Shown here: positions 26,046-38,382 of the stretch, piece after piece
How positions within the stretch are numbered: position 1 is the first letter of the stretch
How the letters are laid out: the number at the start of each line of letters is the position of its first letter
Assembly (NCBI GenBank): GCA_951406725.2
Contig: OX597823.1
Coordinates: 116,126,001 to 116,190,000, forward strand
Direction of reading: 5' to 3'
DNA: 64,000 nt
Source of the DNA: Octopus vulgaris
Lineage: Eukaryota
Notes under the pieces: generated by a model
What the model saw: the letters and a program-made list of their open reading frames with translations, nothing else
Databases searched by the model: none
Told to the model about the DNA's origin: nothing
Position numbers and translations under genes: made by a program

Positions 26046-26089
26046 CAGGTGTCTTTTGACTAAGGACGATATATATATATATATATAAC

Positions 26090-26520
26090 TTTGATGGGTT
26101 TCAACCAGTATTAGCCCAGGCCATGTCAAACTTAATAGCACCACCTGCTGATGTCTTTTAGTCATATATGGGGCACCATGGTCCACTCTAACAAACAGTT
26201 ATTATTGTTGGAGAATTATCCGAGTGTAGGAGGTTGGTGTGGGATTTTTTGAAGAAGTTTGCCCAGAGAACTTTTGAATTTTATGGAATCTGTTTTGACA
26301 TATTTTGGTATGGCATTAAAGAGAGCTGGACCGGTTGAGGTAAAGTAGTTGAAGCATAATGTTGTTATGAGTCCTCAGCTTGGTTTTGGTAGTGGGTCAA
26401 GTCTTGAGTGGATTTTACAATTGATCCCAACATCATTTGTGCAATATTGATGGAATACTTTCCACTTCACACAAATGATGTTGCACTCCTGGCAGCGTTG
26501 GAGAGGGTAGAGATGAGCTT
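26090..26520 (-). pseudogene. CR1/L2-group LINE 3' fragment
   Basis: Frameshifted minus-strand residues LYPLQRCQECNIICVKWKVFHQYCTNDVGI..NYFTSTGPALFNAIPKYVK..FKSSLGKLLQK resemble the 'LYSLQRRRERY.I..WKI' C-terminus of CR1-group ORF2. Confidence 0.7.
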
Positions 26521-26702
26521 TCAGTTTCCATCTACCAAATCCACTGACAAGTCTCTGATCAGCCTGAGGCTATAGTGGAAGACAGTTGTCCAAGGTGCCA
26601 CGCAGTGGGACTGAACCCTAAACCATATGGTTGGGAAATAAGCTTCTTACCACACACCTATACTTGTGCCTATATATGTGTATATATATCTTTTATCTGT
26701 AT

Positions 26703-26992
26703 TTGTTTCAGTCATTAGACTGCAGATGTCTTGGGGCATCCCCTTGAGGAGATTTTAGTGGAATGAATTGATCCCAGGGGTTACATTCTATTAAACGTGG
26801 CACTCTGTTATTGGTGGTGGTGGTGGTGGTGGGGGTAAGTCAACAACAACAAAACAAAAAAATACATCTTATCCAGTGAAAGATAAATATCAAATACATG
26901 GCCTGAATGATTGCTTGGTAATACACAACATGCTATACAAGCTCATCCAACTATTTGTATTGTCAGAGGCATGACCCATATTAGGAGCTCAC
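26703..26992 (+). repeat. Left arm of a local inverted duplication (partner 29853-30111)
   Basis: For example atccagtgaaagataaatatcaaatacatggcctgaatgattgcttggtaatac is the exact inverse of a stretch at ~29925-29978. Confidence 0.92.
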
Positions 26993-27104
26993 AATGTGTT
27001 TTATGTATGTGTGTGTGTCTTTGTGTATATGTATATATATACAAACAATATTTCTATACATATAGCTATCCTTTTAACTATCTAACTACCTCACGCTCTC
27101 TGAC

Positions 27105-27113
27105 TATATATAC

Positions 27114-27165
<52 letters not shown>

Positions 27166-27252
27166 GTATGTATATATATATATATATGTATATATATGTA
27201 TGTATATATATATATATATGTATATATATGTATGTATATATGTATATATATG

Positions 27253-27307
<55 letters not shown>

Positions 27308-27428
27308 ATATGTATATATATGTGTGTGTGTGTGTGTATATGTATATATATATGTGTGTGTGTGTATATGTATATATGTATATGTGTGTGTGTGTGTATA
27401 TGTATATATGTATGTATATATATATACA

Positions 27429-27474
<46 letters not shown>

Positions 27475-27533
27475 TAGATAGATAGATAGATAGAGAGAGA
27501 GATATACATAAATATACATACATATATATGTAC

Positions 27534-27564
<31 letters not shown>

Positions 27565-27690
27565 CATACATATACATACATACATACACACATGCACACA
27601 CCCACATATACATACATATGTACATATGTAAGCATGTCCAACCATGCATATTCATGTATATACATGCATGCACAGATATGCATATGATAC
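27105..27690. repeat. Compound (TA)n/(TG)n/(TATG)n microsatellite
   Basis: Direct inspection; source of the YIYI ORFs. Confidence 0.95.
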
Positions 27691-27784
27691 CTTTAATCAT
27701 ATTTAATAAATAATTTGAATAGACAATTACATTTCAGATGGTTTGAATTGAGGCCATACTTTTGTGCACAATGAAATCACTTAC

Positions 27785-27906
27785 GAAAAACAATCTTCCC
27801 CCGCTTCTCCGAACTTTGCTATGAGCACAGGAAGAAGAAAACATTTCGCTTTTAATACGCGGAGGGAAAGCGTTGTCATGTCTTTTGATCTGGTTCTTAC
27901 TTTGGT
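27785..27906 (-). other. Candidate spliced exon (122 nt)
   Basis: Minus-strand acceptor ctttaacttcttttgctgtAG and donor ttc|GTAAGT; unique, locally CpG-rich sequence; two frames open (TKVRTRSKDMTTLSLRVLKAKCFLLPVLIAKFGEAGEDCF or DQSKNQIKRHDNAFPPRIKSEMF..RLFF). No family recognised. Confidence 0.45.
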
Positions 27907-28023
27907 CTACAGCAAAAGAAGTTAAAGATATACACAGTGTAAGCAATAAATAAATAAGCAAATATATATATATATGAAAAAAAAATAAAAATCTCCAAAT
28001 GAAATGAAACGGAATGGAATTAC

Positions 28024-28045
28024 CTTTTGATAAGACAGAAGCAGT
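28024..28045 (-). other. Candidate 22-nt micro-exon
   Basis: Minus strand tatttcttccttAG|actgcttctgtcttatcaaaag|GTAATT; joins the 27785-27906 candidate without a stop in two frames. Confidence 0.3.
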
Positions 28046-28094
28046 CTAAGGAAGAAATAGTTGGAGATGTTTTAGTAATTTGGTAATGGCAATG

Positions 28095-28495
<401 letters not shown>

Positions 28496-29852
28496 TGGAT
28501 GTATATATCAGTTCCACTGCTTTGACAAACACAAAGAATTTTTCAAACAACAACAACAGTCGCTGCAACAACAGCAGCAACAAGAATAAGATTCAAAGTT
28601 GTTTGGTTTCAAATCAAAGCAAAACAAGACAGCATGCAAATTCAGATGCGTAGATCTTTGTCTTGTGCATGTGTAGTGATAAGTAACTAAGCCTGATTAA
28701 CACACTCACATTCACACACACACACACACACGCAAACACATATAGACACATATGCATCTGTTTGATATCGAACACCTAACATACACACTCCTACGTTAGA
28801 TGAGTGTGTACAGGTGTAGTATGTGATACTGCTGTAATAAATATATTGTCTACAAATACAATCAACTTGTACATTATATAAACAATGCACATGTACACAT
28901 ATACATATGCACCTCACCTGTATGCACAGGTGCAGAAAAGTTTACAATGATAAACATAGCTAATATTCCTCTGTATTGAATTTATAAGTATACATATATT
29001 CAGAAGTGTGTGCATAAATTATTGTAATTCTCTTCACCATCATCATCATCATCATTTTCTGGCTGTTTTTATATGTTGGCATTAGTTAGACAGTTGTCAC
29101 CAATTGTGCCGTGGTGTATGTTGTCATTTTGGAGTGGGTGCCACCATTGGATACCTTGCCCATTCCTAACCACTTTATGGTGTGAAGTAGATGCATTCAT
29201 GCCTTTATCGTGTTACCAATGCAATAGGGGTTGTTCTCAACAATGCTAAAGTATTACATCTATCCTACAATGTCTCAAACCTTTCTTTCTGTTTTAGAAA
29301 TATAACTGATTCCCCTTCCAAACACAAACCATTGTACAGCTTGAACTGAGGGCATTTTATACATATAATAAAACACATACATATAAAAGGGATGACCTTG
29401 TAAGTGGACATCCATTATGCCAGAAAAAGATCCGCAGTGGTTCTACCACTAAGAAAGGAATGTTCTCAAGAAAATTTAGCAAACACCAGAATGTAAGCGA
29501 GCAAGACAAATAAAAAGATACAAAATATAGATTAATCACAAACCAGGTTTCATTGTTAATGCTTATGTAATCATTTACATGATCATTTGCAAACTCGTTA
29601 GTGTGATCGTCTTAGAACTATAATTTGCAGAACTATACACAAGACGTCCACATGGAGATTCAACATGTATACAGTTCTAGCAATTGCAATTGGAGTCACT
29701 TTTCAAAAGCCTTAGTTTTGGCGCACCAAACTACCAGAAATATTTCTGCAGAAAATAATTCTCTGCAGTGAATTTTGCCAGTTAGAAAACATAGCTATTT
29801 AAATTATTTTAAATTTATAATAAAACACAATTAATATATACAAGATTTAAAC

Positions 29853-30111
29853 GTGAGCTACTATATATGGGTCATGCCCTTAACAATGCAAATAGTTGGA
29901 TGAGCTTGTATAGCATGTTGTGTAGTATTACCAAGCAATCATTCAGGCCATGTATTTGATATTTATCTTTCACTGGATAAAATATATTTTTTTGTTTTGC
30001 TGTTGTTGACCCCCACCCACCAATAACAGAGTGCCAGGTTTAATAGAATGTAACCCCTGGGATCAATTCATTCCTCTTCAAGGTACAGCTGCAGTCTAAT
30101 GACTGAAGCAA
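29853..30111 (-). repeat. Right arm of the inverted duplication (partner 26703-26992)
   Basis: Reverse-complement match that includes the same decayed SINE A end and unique flank. Confidence 0.92.
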
Positions 30112-30177
30112 TATGGAAATTGATTGCTATCAAACTTAAGAGCCTTCTTTACCCTGCCTTTGTCATTATTTTTACTG

Positions 30178-30790
30178 TGACGAGCTGGCAGTATCTATAG
30201 CATGTCTGGCAAAATGCTGAGTGGTATTTCCTCTGCAAGCAAGTTCTGAGTTCAAATTCCGCCATGGTTGACTTTGCTTTTCGTCCTTTCAGGGTTGATA
30301 AATTAAGTACCAGTTGAGTACTGGGGTCGATGTAACTGACTTGCCTCTTCCCCCAAAATTTCAGGCTTTGTGCCTATAGTACAAAAGACTATTCTTACTG
30401 CACATTTCATCTGTCACTACATTCTGAGCTCAAATTCTGCCAAGGAGGACTTTACCTTTCATCCTTTCAGGGTTGATAAATGAAGTACCAGTTGCATACT
30501 GGGGTCAATCTAATTGACTGAAACCTTCCCCACAAATTTCTGGCCTTGTGTCTATAGTAGAAAGGATTATTATTATTATTATTATTATTATTTAGATGGC
30601 AAGCTGGCAGCATTGTTAGTATGTTGGACAAAATGCTTAGCAGTATTTTGCCTGTTGCTCTGTTCTGAGTTCAAATTCCACTGAGGTCAACTTTGCCTTT
30701 CATCCTTTTGGGATGTACTAGTTGAACCCTGGGGTCAATGTAATCAACTCATCCCCACCTTCCCCAAGCTGCTCTTGTGACAAAAATTTA
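30178..30790 (+). mobile_element. Three tandem SINE family B copies
   Basis: Repeated ttctgag(c/t)tcaaatt(c/t)...ttt(g/a)c(c)ttt..tccttt units. Confidence 0.8.
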
Positions 30791-30924
30791 AAATATAATA
30801 ATAATAATAATAATTATTATTATTATGATTATGATGATGTTTTTTCTTTCTTTCTTCAAATTTTCTTCCGTTTCTCGACGAGTGTATTCCATACACCTAG
30901 GGCAGAGAAGGGCATTGCATGCAT

Positions 30925-31090
30925 TATTATTATTATTATTATTATTTATTTCACTTACACACAGCAAATTAGACTGTTGGAAAAACTCCTAGAACCTTCC
31001 TATCCTGGCTGTCCCAAATAATACTGTTTTCTGAAGCTGCACCAAGCTATGTTTTATGCCTATTTCCTCTAGCCATCTGTTCAAATCGTC
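30925..31090 (-). pseudogene. R4/Dong-like element extreme 3' end with a (TAA)n tail
   Basis: The minus strand reads DDLNRWLEEIGIKHSLVQLQKTVLFGTARI-RKVLGV (the 'LQKT.LLGTARILRKVL' C-terminus), then a short UTR and (taa)n. Confidence 0.75.
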
Positions 31091-31119
31091 ATCGTCATCA
31101 TTGTTGTTGTTTTTGTTGT

Positions 31120-32900
31120 TAAGATATCGCCAAGGTTTTGGCTGGCTGTATGATTGAGAGAGATGTCTTCAATGACATTTTTACAGCTTAACTTCATAAA
31201 TTTCTTAAACATCTCAAATGAAGGATGATGCATGTTTGCTCACTGTTTCTCCCAACATTGACCATTTCATATTGAAAGCACTCTGTTGCACCAGTGAAAT
31301 GTTGACAAGATGTTCATGTTAATATGTAAATATATACGTCATAGCTCTTTAGATATTCATCATATTGTAGGATGTAGTTACATACTAAAGATAAGATACA
31401 CTTTTAATTGCTAACTGTGTTTGATGAGACTTGATATAGATGGATCTGTTATCCACCATGTTTTGAACCTTTCATGATTCTACCCACAACTCTATTATTC
31501 TATGTAAATTGAAAAGCTAAACACTCCATGTCTAATCACAAAATATTTGCAAGAGTAAGAAAAATTTCAAAATAAAACAAATTTCTGTTTGATTAATTTT
31601 CTCTTCTTTCCTATTTATTACTTTGTAATTTTTATTCATGAGCAGAGCAAATAACGAATAAAAATCTGTCGTTTTTCCTCATGGCTTTTCCCTCTTCCTC
31701 TTCCATTTTATTTCCTCATTGAGAAGTGTTAGGTCGACCATCTTCTAATCATCTTTTCTATTTTACCTGGTATTTCAATAAGTGACGTAGCAGAGTCAAA
31801 GCTCATTGACAGAGTTAATTCATTACTTCCTCTTCAACTAATTCACAATGAGAGGAATCTCTTGTCAGATTTCTTTCAAAGACTTTACCGTTTCTTAGCC
31901 AGAACATCACTTCTGGCTACTTGTTTGGTTGCATTAATGAATTGTCAGCTGGTTGTGAGAACTTTTAGTGTTTCCTGGCAAAATTATTTTTAAAATATGT
32001 AGAAAGTAATTTAAAGAAGAATATCACCATTTCCATAGAATATTTCTTTTTTTACAGAAAATATTAAATATTTCAAATGCTGGCTTTATCAGTGTTTTAT
32101 ACACCTGTAATTTAAAGTGCTTTTAAATCACTAATTGCTTAAGGTTTCTTTTTAAACTTTCTGTTTCTTCCTTGACATTACTATTCACAACTTTTAGTAG
32201 AAATGAAATTTCTCCACTTTTAAATAGTTAGCAATACATATTGGAAAATATCACAAATAATCCAAATATATTTTTTCCACCCATAAATTTAAAGTAAGCC
32301 TTGGATTTAGCTTTCAAATTGCTTTTGTGTAATGCAGCAAAATATTCAAACTGTAAAGAGATTTTGTTATTAGTTGATTCCCTTTAGGTTTTTTTAATTT
32401 TTGTTATATCTTATTTTATATTATTAAACTATTCTAGAACAATTCATAAATTTTTTGAAAATTATTTAATTTCAATGTAATTTTCATTTTTCTTTATTTT
32501 TGGCGTCTAACTATGTCATTCAGAACAGAGAAAAATAACCAATAAATTTTAGATTTTATCTTTAGAAAATGTTATCTCTTAGTGAATTTTTCACTTTTTC
32601 CCAAAACTAATCAATGAAATAATGGCTTCTTTTTCACCAATTTCTGTTTGTGTTTTTTTAAATTTTTATTTTAAAGTTGTAATTGTTGTTTATATTTAAG
32701 TGTGCAAATGCTTAGTAAGATCGAAACACAAATTTTAGAAATCATCTCTAAATGCTCTGTCAACCACGAAATGGAGTTTAACTTTACCGAGTTAACATTT
32801 TTGTTGCATCAATTGATCAAAGATAACTGTAAACGTTAGAACAAACAAAAGATAACTAGAAATATTGTGATTAGTTTATTTTCTGCAGGTTTTAGGCACT
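31120..32900 (-). pseudogene. Heavily decayed DNA transposase, possibly Transib-like
   Basis: Microsatellite-free block. Minus-strand remnants in order: ELTLSMSFDSATS (31821->31784), NDRFLFVICS, CLAFQFT*NN, ILT*TSCQHFTGATECF (31326->31275). This parallels Transib GFDGSSG / D..LF / CRP..F..E / LT.T.S..C.ICGAT..F. Many stops. Confidence 0.45.
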
Positions 32901-33299
32901 AGTAATCTTTTAATTTAGATGGAGGAACGTGGAAAGGTTGCTATCAGGATATTTTGCCTTTCTTCACCCTTTTTCTTTCTGTTTCCTATTTTCACACCAT
33001 TAACGTTACTTACCAAAGATTCTTCTCTGATAATCATGTTTATTCATTGCATTCTGCAACTTTGATTCTTCAAATAGCAAGCAAATTACAGCTTCTGAAT
33101 TAAAATACATTTCTGCAATATGTGAGATATGAAAATAAAAGTGGAGATAGCAGTGGTGTTGGCACTGGTGGCTGTAGTGGTGGTCGCCGTGTGATGAGGT
33201 TAGCATGGTAGTGACGATGGTTGTTGTGATGACAGGGGTGTTATTGTGGTGAGAGGAGGGACTGGAGTGCTGCTAATAGTAGTGGTGATACTGGTGATT

Positions 33300-33338
<39 letters not shown>

Positions 33339-34146
33339 GTGATAGCCGTGATAGGGTGATGTTAGGAGTTATGGTAGCTGGATATTTATATGAATAAATG
33401 ATAAAAATATCAGATAATATATTTCTATAAACAACATCAAATTTTATGTTTGTGAAGAGAATCTTAAGATAGAAAAATAATGATGTAAAGATGTTACAAT
33501 GTACAACATATATATGTGTGTGTGTGTGTGAGCATATGTGTATATGTGTTATGTGTGTAAATATGCATATATGCATGTGTGTGTGTGTGTGTACATATGA
33601 GGCTGTACATATATATATATACATATATATATATATACATGCATGTGAGTGTGTGCATCTGTATATATATATATGTGTGTGTGTGTGTATGTATGCATGT
33701 ATATATATATATATATTTGTGTGTGTGTGTGTGTGTGTGCATATTTATACATACAAGTATATATGAATGTATATTTATACATTTATATACACCTTTACAT
33801 ACATATGGGGAATATATACACACACACACACATATATATATACATATACATGCATACATACCTGTATATACACACACACACACACACACATATTGAGAGA
33901 GAGAGAGAGAGAGAATAAAAGAAAGTGATGACAGATTTTTGTTTCTTTGTGTAGAAGAAACATGTGTATTTGTGTTGCTGAGTGAATGTTAAATGAAATA
34001 CATGGGGTATGTTTTGAGTTAAGCGGTTAATACCACATGTAGCCACACATGTAGACACTTGATATTTGTGCATGGGCATGTTAGAAAAAGAGAATAGCAG
34101 CACAGTCATAAGTTTGTTGTCATGTAGTAGCACCATTGTGCAATGT

Positions 34147-34745
34147 GGTGGCATGTGGTTTAATAGTTATAGCATTGGACGCATGATCCTAAGATTGTGG
34201 TTTCAATTCCTGGGCCAGGTGATGTACTGTGTTCTTGAGCAAAACACTTCCTTTCACATTGCTCCTATCCACTCAGCTGGCAAGAATGAGTAATCCCATG
34301 ATGAACCAGCATCCCATCCAGGTGGAGAATATGCTAAGACCCCCTTCGGTTATGACTGACCATGGGGTTGCACCTAGGAAGTTACCCTCCCAGGCACAAG
34401 TCCGAGCAAGGTGGTTTATGGAAGACCAGCTGTCACCCATGCATACCAACCTCCCCTCTCCATGCCACCATTGTTATCCAAGGGAAAGGCAAAGGGGCTG
34501 ATACAGTTTGGCACCAGCGACGTCACAACTCATTTCTACTGCTGAGTGAACTGGAGCAACGTGAAATATAGAGTCTTGCACAAGAACACAACACACAACC
34601 CGGTCTGGGATTTGAACTCACAACCTCGCGATTGTAAGCTTGATGCTTTAACCACTGAGCCATGTGCCTTCACTGGAGAATATATACGCCATGGAAATTG
34701 GGAAACTAGCCCTTATAAGTCAGTATGATTTGAGTAGGTAATTTT
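34147..34745 (+). mobile_element. SINE C (+) with a second SINE C (-, 34337-34672) inserted in its tail
   Basis: The inner copy is the reverse complement of the 62599-62933 type and is flanked by a tggagaatat duplication; the outer copy resumes after it. Confidence 0.8.
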
Positions 34746-34764
34746 ACCCATTTTGGAGGCATGT

Positions 34765-34990
34765 GGGCACATGGCTTAATGGTTAGGAGTGTTGGACCCA
34801 TGATCGTGAGATTGTGGTTTCGATTCCTGGACTGGGTGATGCTTTGTGTTCTTGAGCAAAACACTTCACTTCACATTGCTCCAGCTGGTAAAAATGCGTG
34901 ATCCTGTGACGGATTGGTGTCCCATCGAGATGGAGAATTTATATGCCATAAAACCAGGAAAACAGCCCTTATGAGTTGATATGGCTCAAG
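34765..34990 (+). mobile_element. SINE family C, short-tail variant
   Basis: ggcacatggcttaatggttagg...gtttcgattcctggactggg...tgtgttcttgagcaaaacacttcac. Confidence 0.75.
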
Positions 34991-35150
34991 ACAGTAACTT
35001 TACCTTTACTTATCATTGTGCAACCCCATAAATGGTGGTGCAGTTCAAAACTAATATCTTTACATGAAAAATTGTTTTTATTATCACAGATGCACATACA
35101 AACATACACACCCACATGTGTGCGCAGATGTCAGCTGACAGGAAAATGAA

Positions 35151-35482
35151 ATCTCCTAATATAATAATGAGATTAGTATTTTTATATGTTTGTATATATA
35201 AACATGTGTATTTGTGTTGCTGAGTGAAGAGGAGAGACAATAGTAATTCATTGAAGGAGAAGTTGTGAGAGTAATAGCCCTGACTGAGAGGGAGTGAGAG
35301 AAAATAGTAACAATGAGAGAAAGGAAGGGGTGATAGATGAATAAGGAAGGAAGGTGTGTGTGCGTGTGTGTACTAGGGAGGAACATGAATGTTTGTATGT
35401 GTGATTATTATGTATCGTATTTTGTACCTTATTTATATATAAAATTCTATAAATAGCTGTCATTATTGACAGCACGTGGTCA
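35151..35482 (-). repeat. Inverted copy of 22914-23317
   Basis: For example gtgagagtaatagccctgactgagagggagtgagagaaa is the exact inverse of tttctctcactccctctcagtcagggctattactctcac. Confidence 0.9.
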
Positions 35483-35574
35483 TCTTGTATCACATAACAT
35501 TTGACTATTTTCAAATCATTGATTCTCTTTATCTTCACTTGTATGTACCCCTCCTCCTCCTCTTCTCTTTTGCC

Positions 35575-35955
35575 TTTTACTTGTTTCAGTCATTAGACTG
35601 CAGCCAAGCTGGAGCACTGCCTTGGTGAATTTTTAGTTGAATGAATTTTTCCCCTTACTTTTTTACTTTTCAAGCCTGGGATTTACTCTATCAATCTCTT
35701 TTGCCAAACCGCTACACACCAACACTAGTTGTCAAACGGCAGCAGAAAACAAACAGATGCAAACACACATGCATGCATGTGCATGCTGCATATGCACGTG
35801 CATATATATGACAGGCTTCTTTCAGTTTCCATCTACCAAATCCACTCATAAGGCTTTGGTCAGCCCAAAGCTTGCTCAAGAGGTGGACTTGCTCAAGGTA
35901 CCACACAGTGGGACTGAACCCAGAACTATGTGGTTGGGAAGCAAGCTTCTTACCA
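35575..35955 (-). mobile_element. SINE family A, diverged
   Basis: Reverse-complement family A motifs. Confidence 0.75.
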
Positions 35956-36633
35956 TACATCCAGTCATATGCCTTACATGTCAAAGGTCATGTGTCTGCT
36001 GTTGGGATGCTTGTATCTAAATAGTAAGGAGCTCTTGTTACTTTGGAACCAAATCTACAGTCCTGAAGTACACGACATATCAGTTGGGTTTAACTTACCT
36101 TCAGAATCCATATTTCCTTTTCAACCTAAATCAAGGGATCTCTGTAGGTGGTTCTCTTTAGCTATATGCACCCATCACTTTGACCAAAAAAAAAAAAAAA
36201 AAAGATATCCATGATTTCGACAATTTGAATGAACAATGACACATCACGTTATTCTTCTCTAACTTGTAGGGACCTGCTGGGGCTAAGGTTGTGCTACATA
36301 ATTCAATGAAATTATGAGGTTAATTCTTTTACAAGCTGGTGCCAAGTAAAAACCACTCATGCTGAAACCGCATAAAAAGACCCATGCTGGTTCCACATAT
36401 AAAGTACCTATGCTGGTGCCATGTAAAAAGCATCCAGTACACTTTGTGAAGTGGTTGGCATTAGGAAGGGCATCAGGATGTAGAAACCTTACCAAAAGCA
36501 GACAGTTGGAACCTGTTTCAGCTCTCTAGATGGTCAGCTCCTGTCAAACTGTCCACCTCTTGCCAGCATGGAAAACTGATAATGATGACAATGGCGGTAG
36601 TAGTGGCAGTGGTGGCTATGGCAGCAGCAGCAG

Positions 36634-36845
36634 AAGCTGTTCAAGAATTTGGACCTGGAGATCTCCATTTCCCCCGACTTCGAGGGCCACCTCCCAGTGG
36701 TGTTGGGCGTCAATGAAGAGCCCTCGACTACAACAAGACAACCAAAGTTTTTTTTTTCCAAGGTCTGGGGTCTCCCACCCCTAAGCCCTAGACCATTACC
36801 TAATCACTCTTACCCATCTTGTTGCTTAACAACAACAACAACAGC
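36634..36845 (+). mobile_element. Family X repeat, second copy
   Basis: gttcaagaatttggacctggagatctccatttcc...ttgcttaacaacaacaac. Confidence 0.7.
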
Positions 36846-37112
36846 AGCAGTAGTGGCAGCAGCAGCAGCAGCAATAACAACATGCAATTATTCTAACAGA
36901 TTTGGTCACATCTGAGCTCCCTGGGTTACAGAATGTATTGTAGCATAGAATGAAGGAAAGACATGGCTGGTGTGACACAATAAGTTCACAAGCTTTTGAC
37001 TGCCTTTTCCTTTTATAGGTCCAGTTCCACTGTGTGATGTCTTGCTGTCCATTGCCTCAGGTCAACCTAAGCCTAGCGTGTGAAATCGGGTTGGCAGAAA
37101 CTGTGTGGAACA

Positions 37113-37490
37113 GAAGGCGGAGGGCTGGCAGAAACGTTAGCATGCCATTATATTCTGAGTTCAAATTCTGCCAAGGTCAACTTTGCCTTTCATCCTTTCG
37201 GGGTCGATTAAATAACTACCAGTTATGCACTGGGGTCGATATAATCGACTTACTCCATTTGTCTGTCCTCTCTGTGTTTAGCCCCTTGTGGGTAGTAGAG
37301 AAATAGATATTTTGTCTACCGTTACGTTCTGAGTTCAAATTCCGCCGAGGTCGATTTTGCCTTTCATCCTTTCGGGGTCGATAAATTAAGTACCAGTTAC
37401 GCACTGGGGTCAATGTAATCGACTTAATCCGTTTGTCTATCCTTGTTTGTCCCCTCTGTGTGTAGCCCCTAGTGGGTAGTAAAGAAATAC
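37113..37490 (+). mobile_element. SINE family B dimer
   Basis: Two head-to-tail units; the second lacks the A-box head. The same dimer form occurs at 52262-52685. Confidence 0.85.
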
Positions 37491-37983
37491 GAAACAGTGT
37501 GGAACATCAATGAATGGATTTTTACCTATGATTCATAGGTTCAGTTTTATCATACACTGATTCTGTCTGCAGACTATATCAAGAGTAAGCATGTCTGTGG
37601 AATACTCAGCCACTTGAACTGTAATCTTTCAGGTAAGACATAAGTTAATCTATTCCAGCAGATTAGCTTGCATCTTACCTGTAGTGGTTGGCATTAGTGA
37701 AGGGCATCAGGATGTAGATAATTACTTCGATAATTATTGGTATAATTACTTTTAACTTGTACAGAAAAGTTGTGGATGAAAATGAAAAGTTATTGTGATT
37801 AGCAAAATTAATATATTGTACAAGGAATAGCTTCATAATGCTAATTTCATTATATTAGACCTATTAGCAACTGTTCTCTGCAAGTTAGAGAGAAATATTG
37901 TAGCTTGGCATCTTTCAGTTGATTGAACAATGGAGTCTTCTTCACTGAAACTGAGGGAAATCCACTTTTACACTTTTTTATAC

Positions 37984-38382
37984 AGGCACAGGAGTGGCTG
38001 TGTGGTAAGTAGCTTGCTTACCAACCACATGGTTCCGGGTTCAGTCCCACTGCGTGGCACCTTGGGCAAGTGTCTTCAACTATAGCCTCGGGCCAACCAA
38101 AGCCTTGTGAGTGGATTTGGTAGACGGAAACTGAAAGAAGCCCGTCATCTATATATATGTATATGTATATATATGTGTTTGTGTGTCTGTGTTTGTCTCC
38201 CCAACATCGCTTGACAACTGATGCTGGTGTGTTTACATCCCTGTAATTTAGCGGTTCGGCAAAAGAGACCGATTGAATAAGTACTAGGCTTACAAAGAAT
38301 AAGTCCTGGGGTCGATTTGCTCAACTAAAGGTGGTGCTCCAGTATGGCCATAGTCAAATGACTGAAACAAGTAAAAGAGAGT
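37984..38382 (+). mobile_element. SINE family A, full-length reference copy
   Basis: aggcacaggagtggctgtgtggtaagtagc...ccgggttcagtcccactgcg tRNA-like head, internal (TA)/(TG) tract, aagtaaaagagag tail. Confidence 0.9.
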
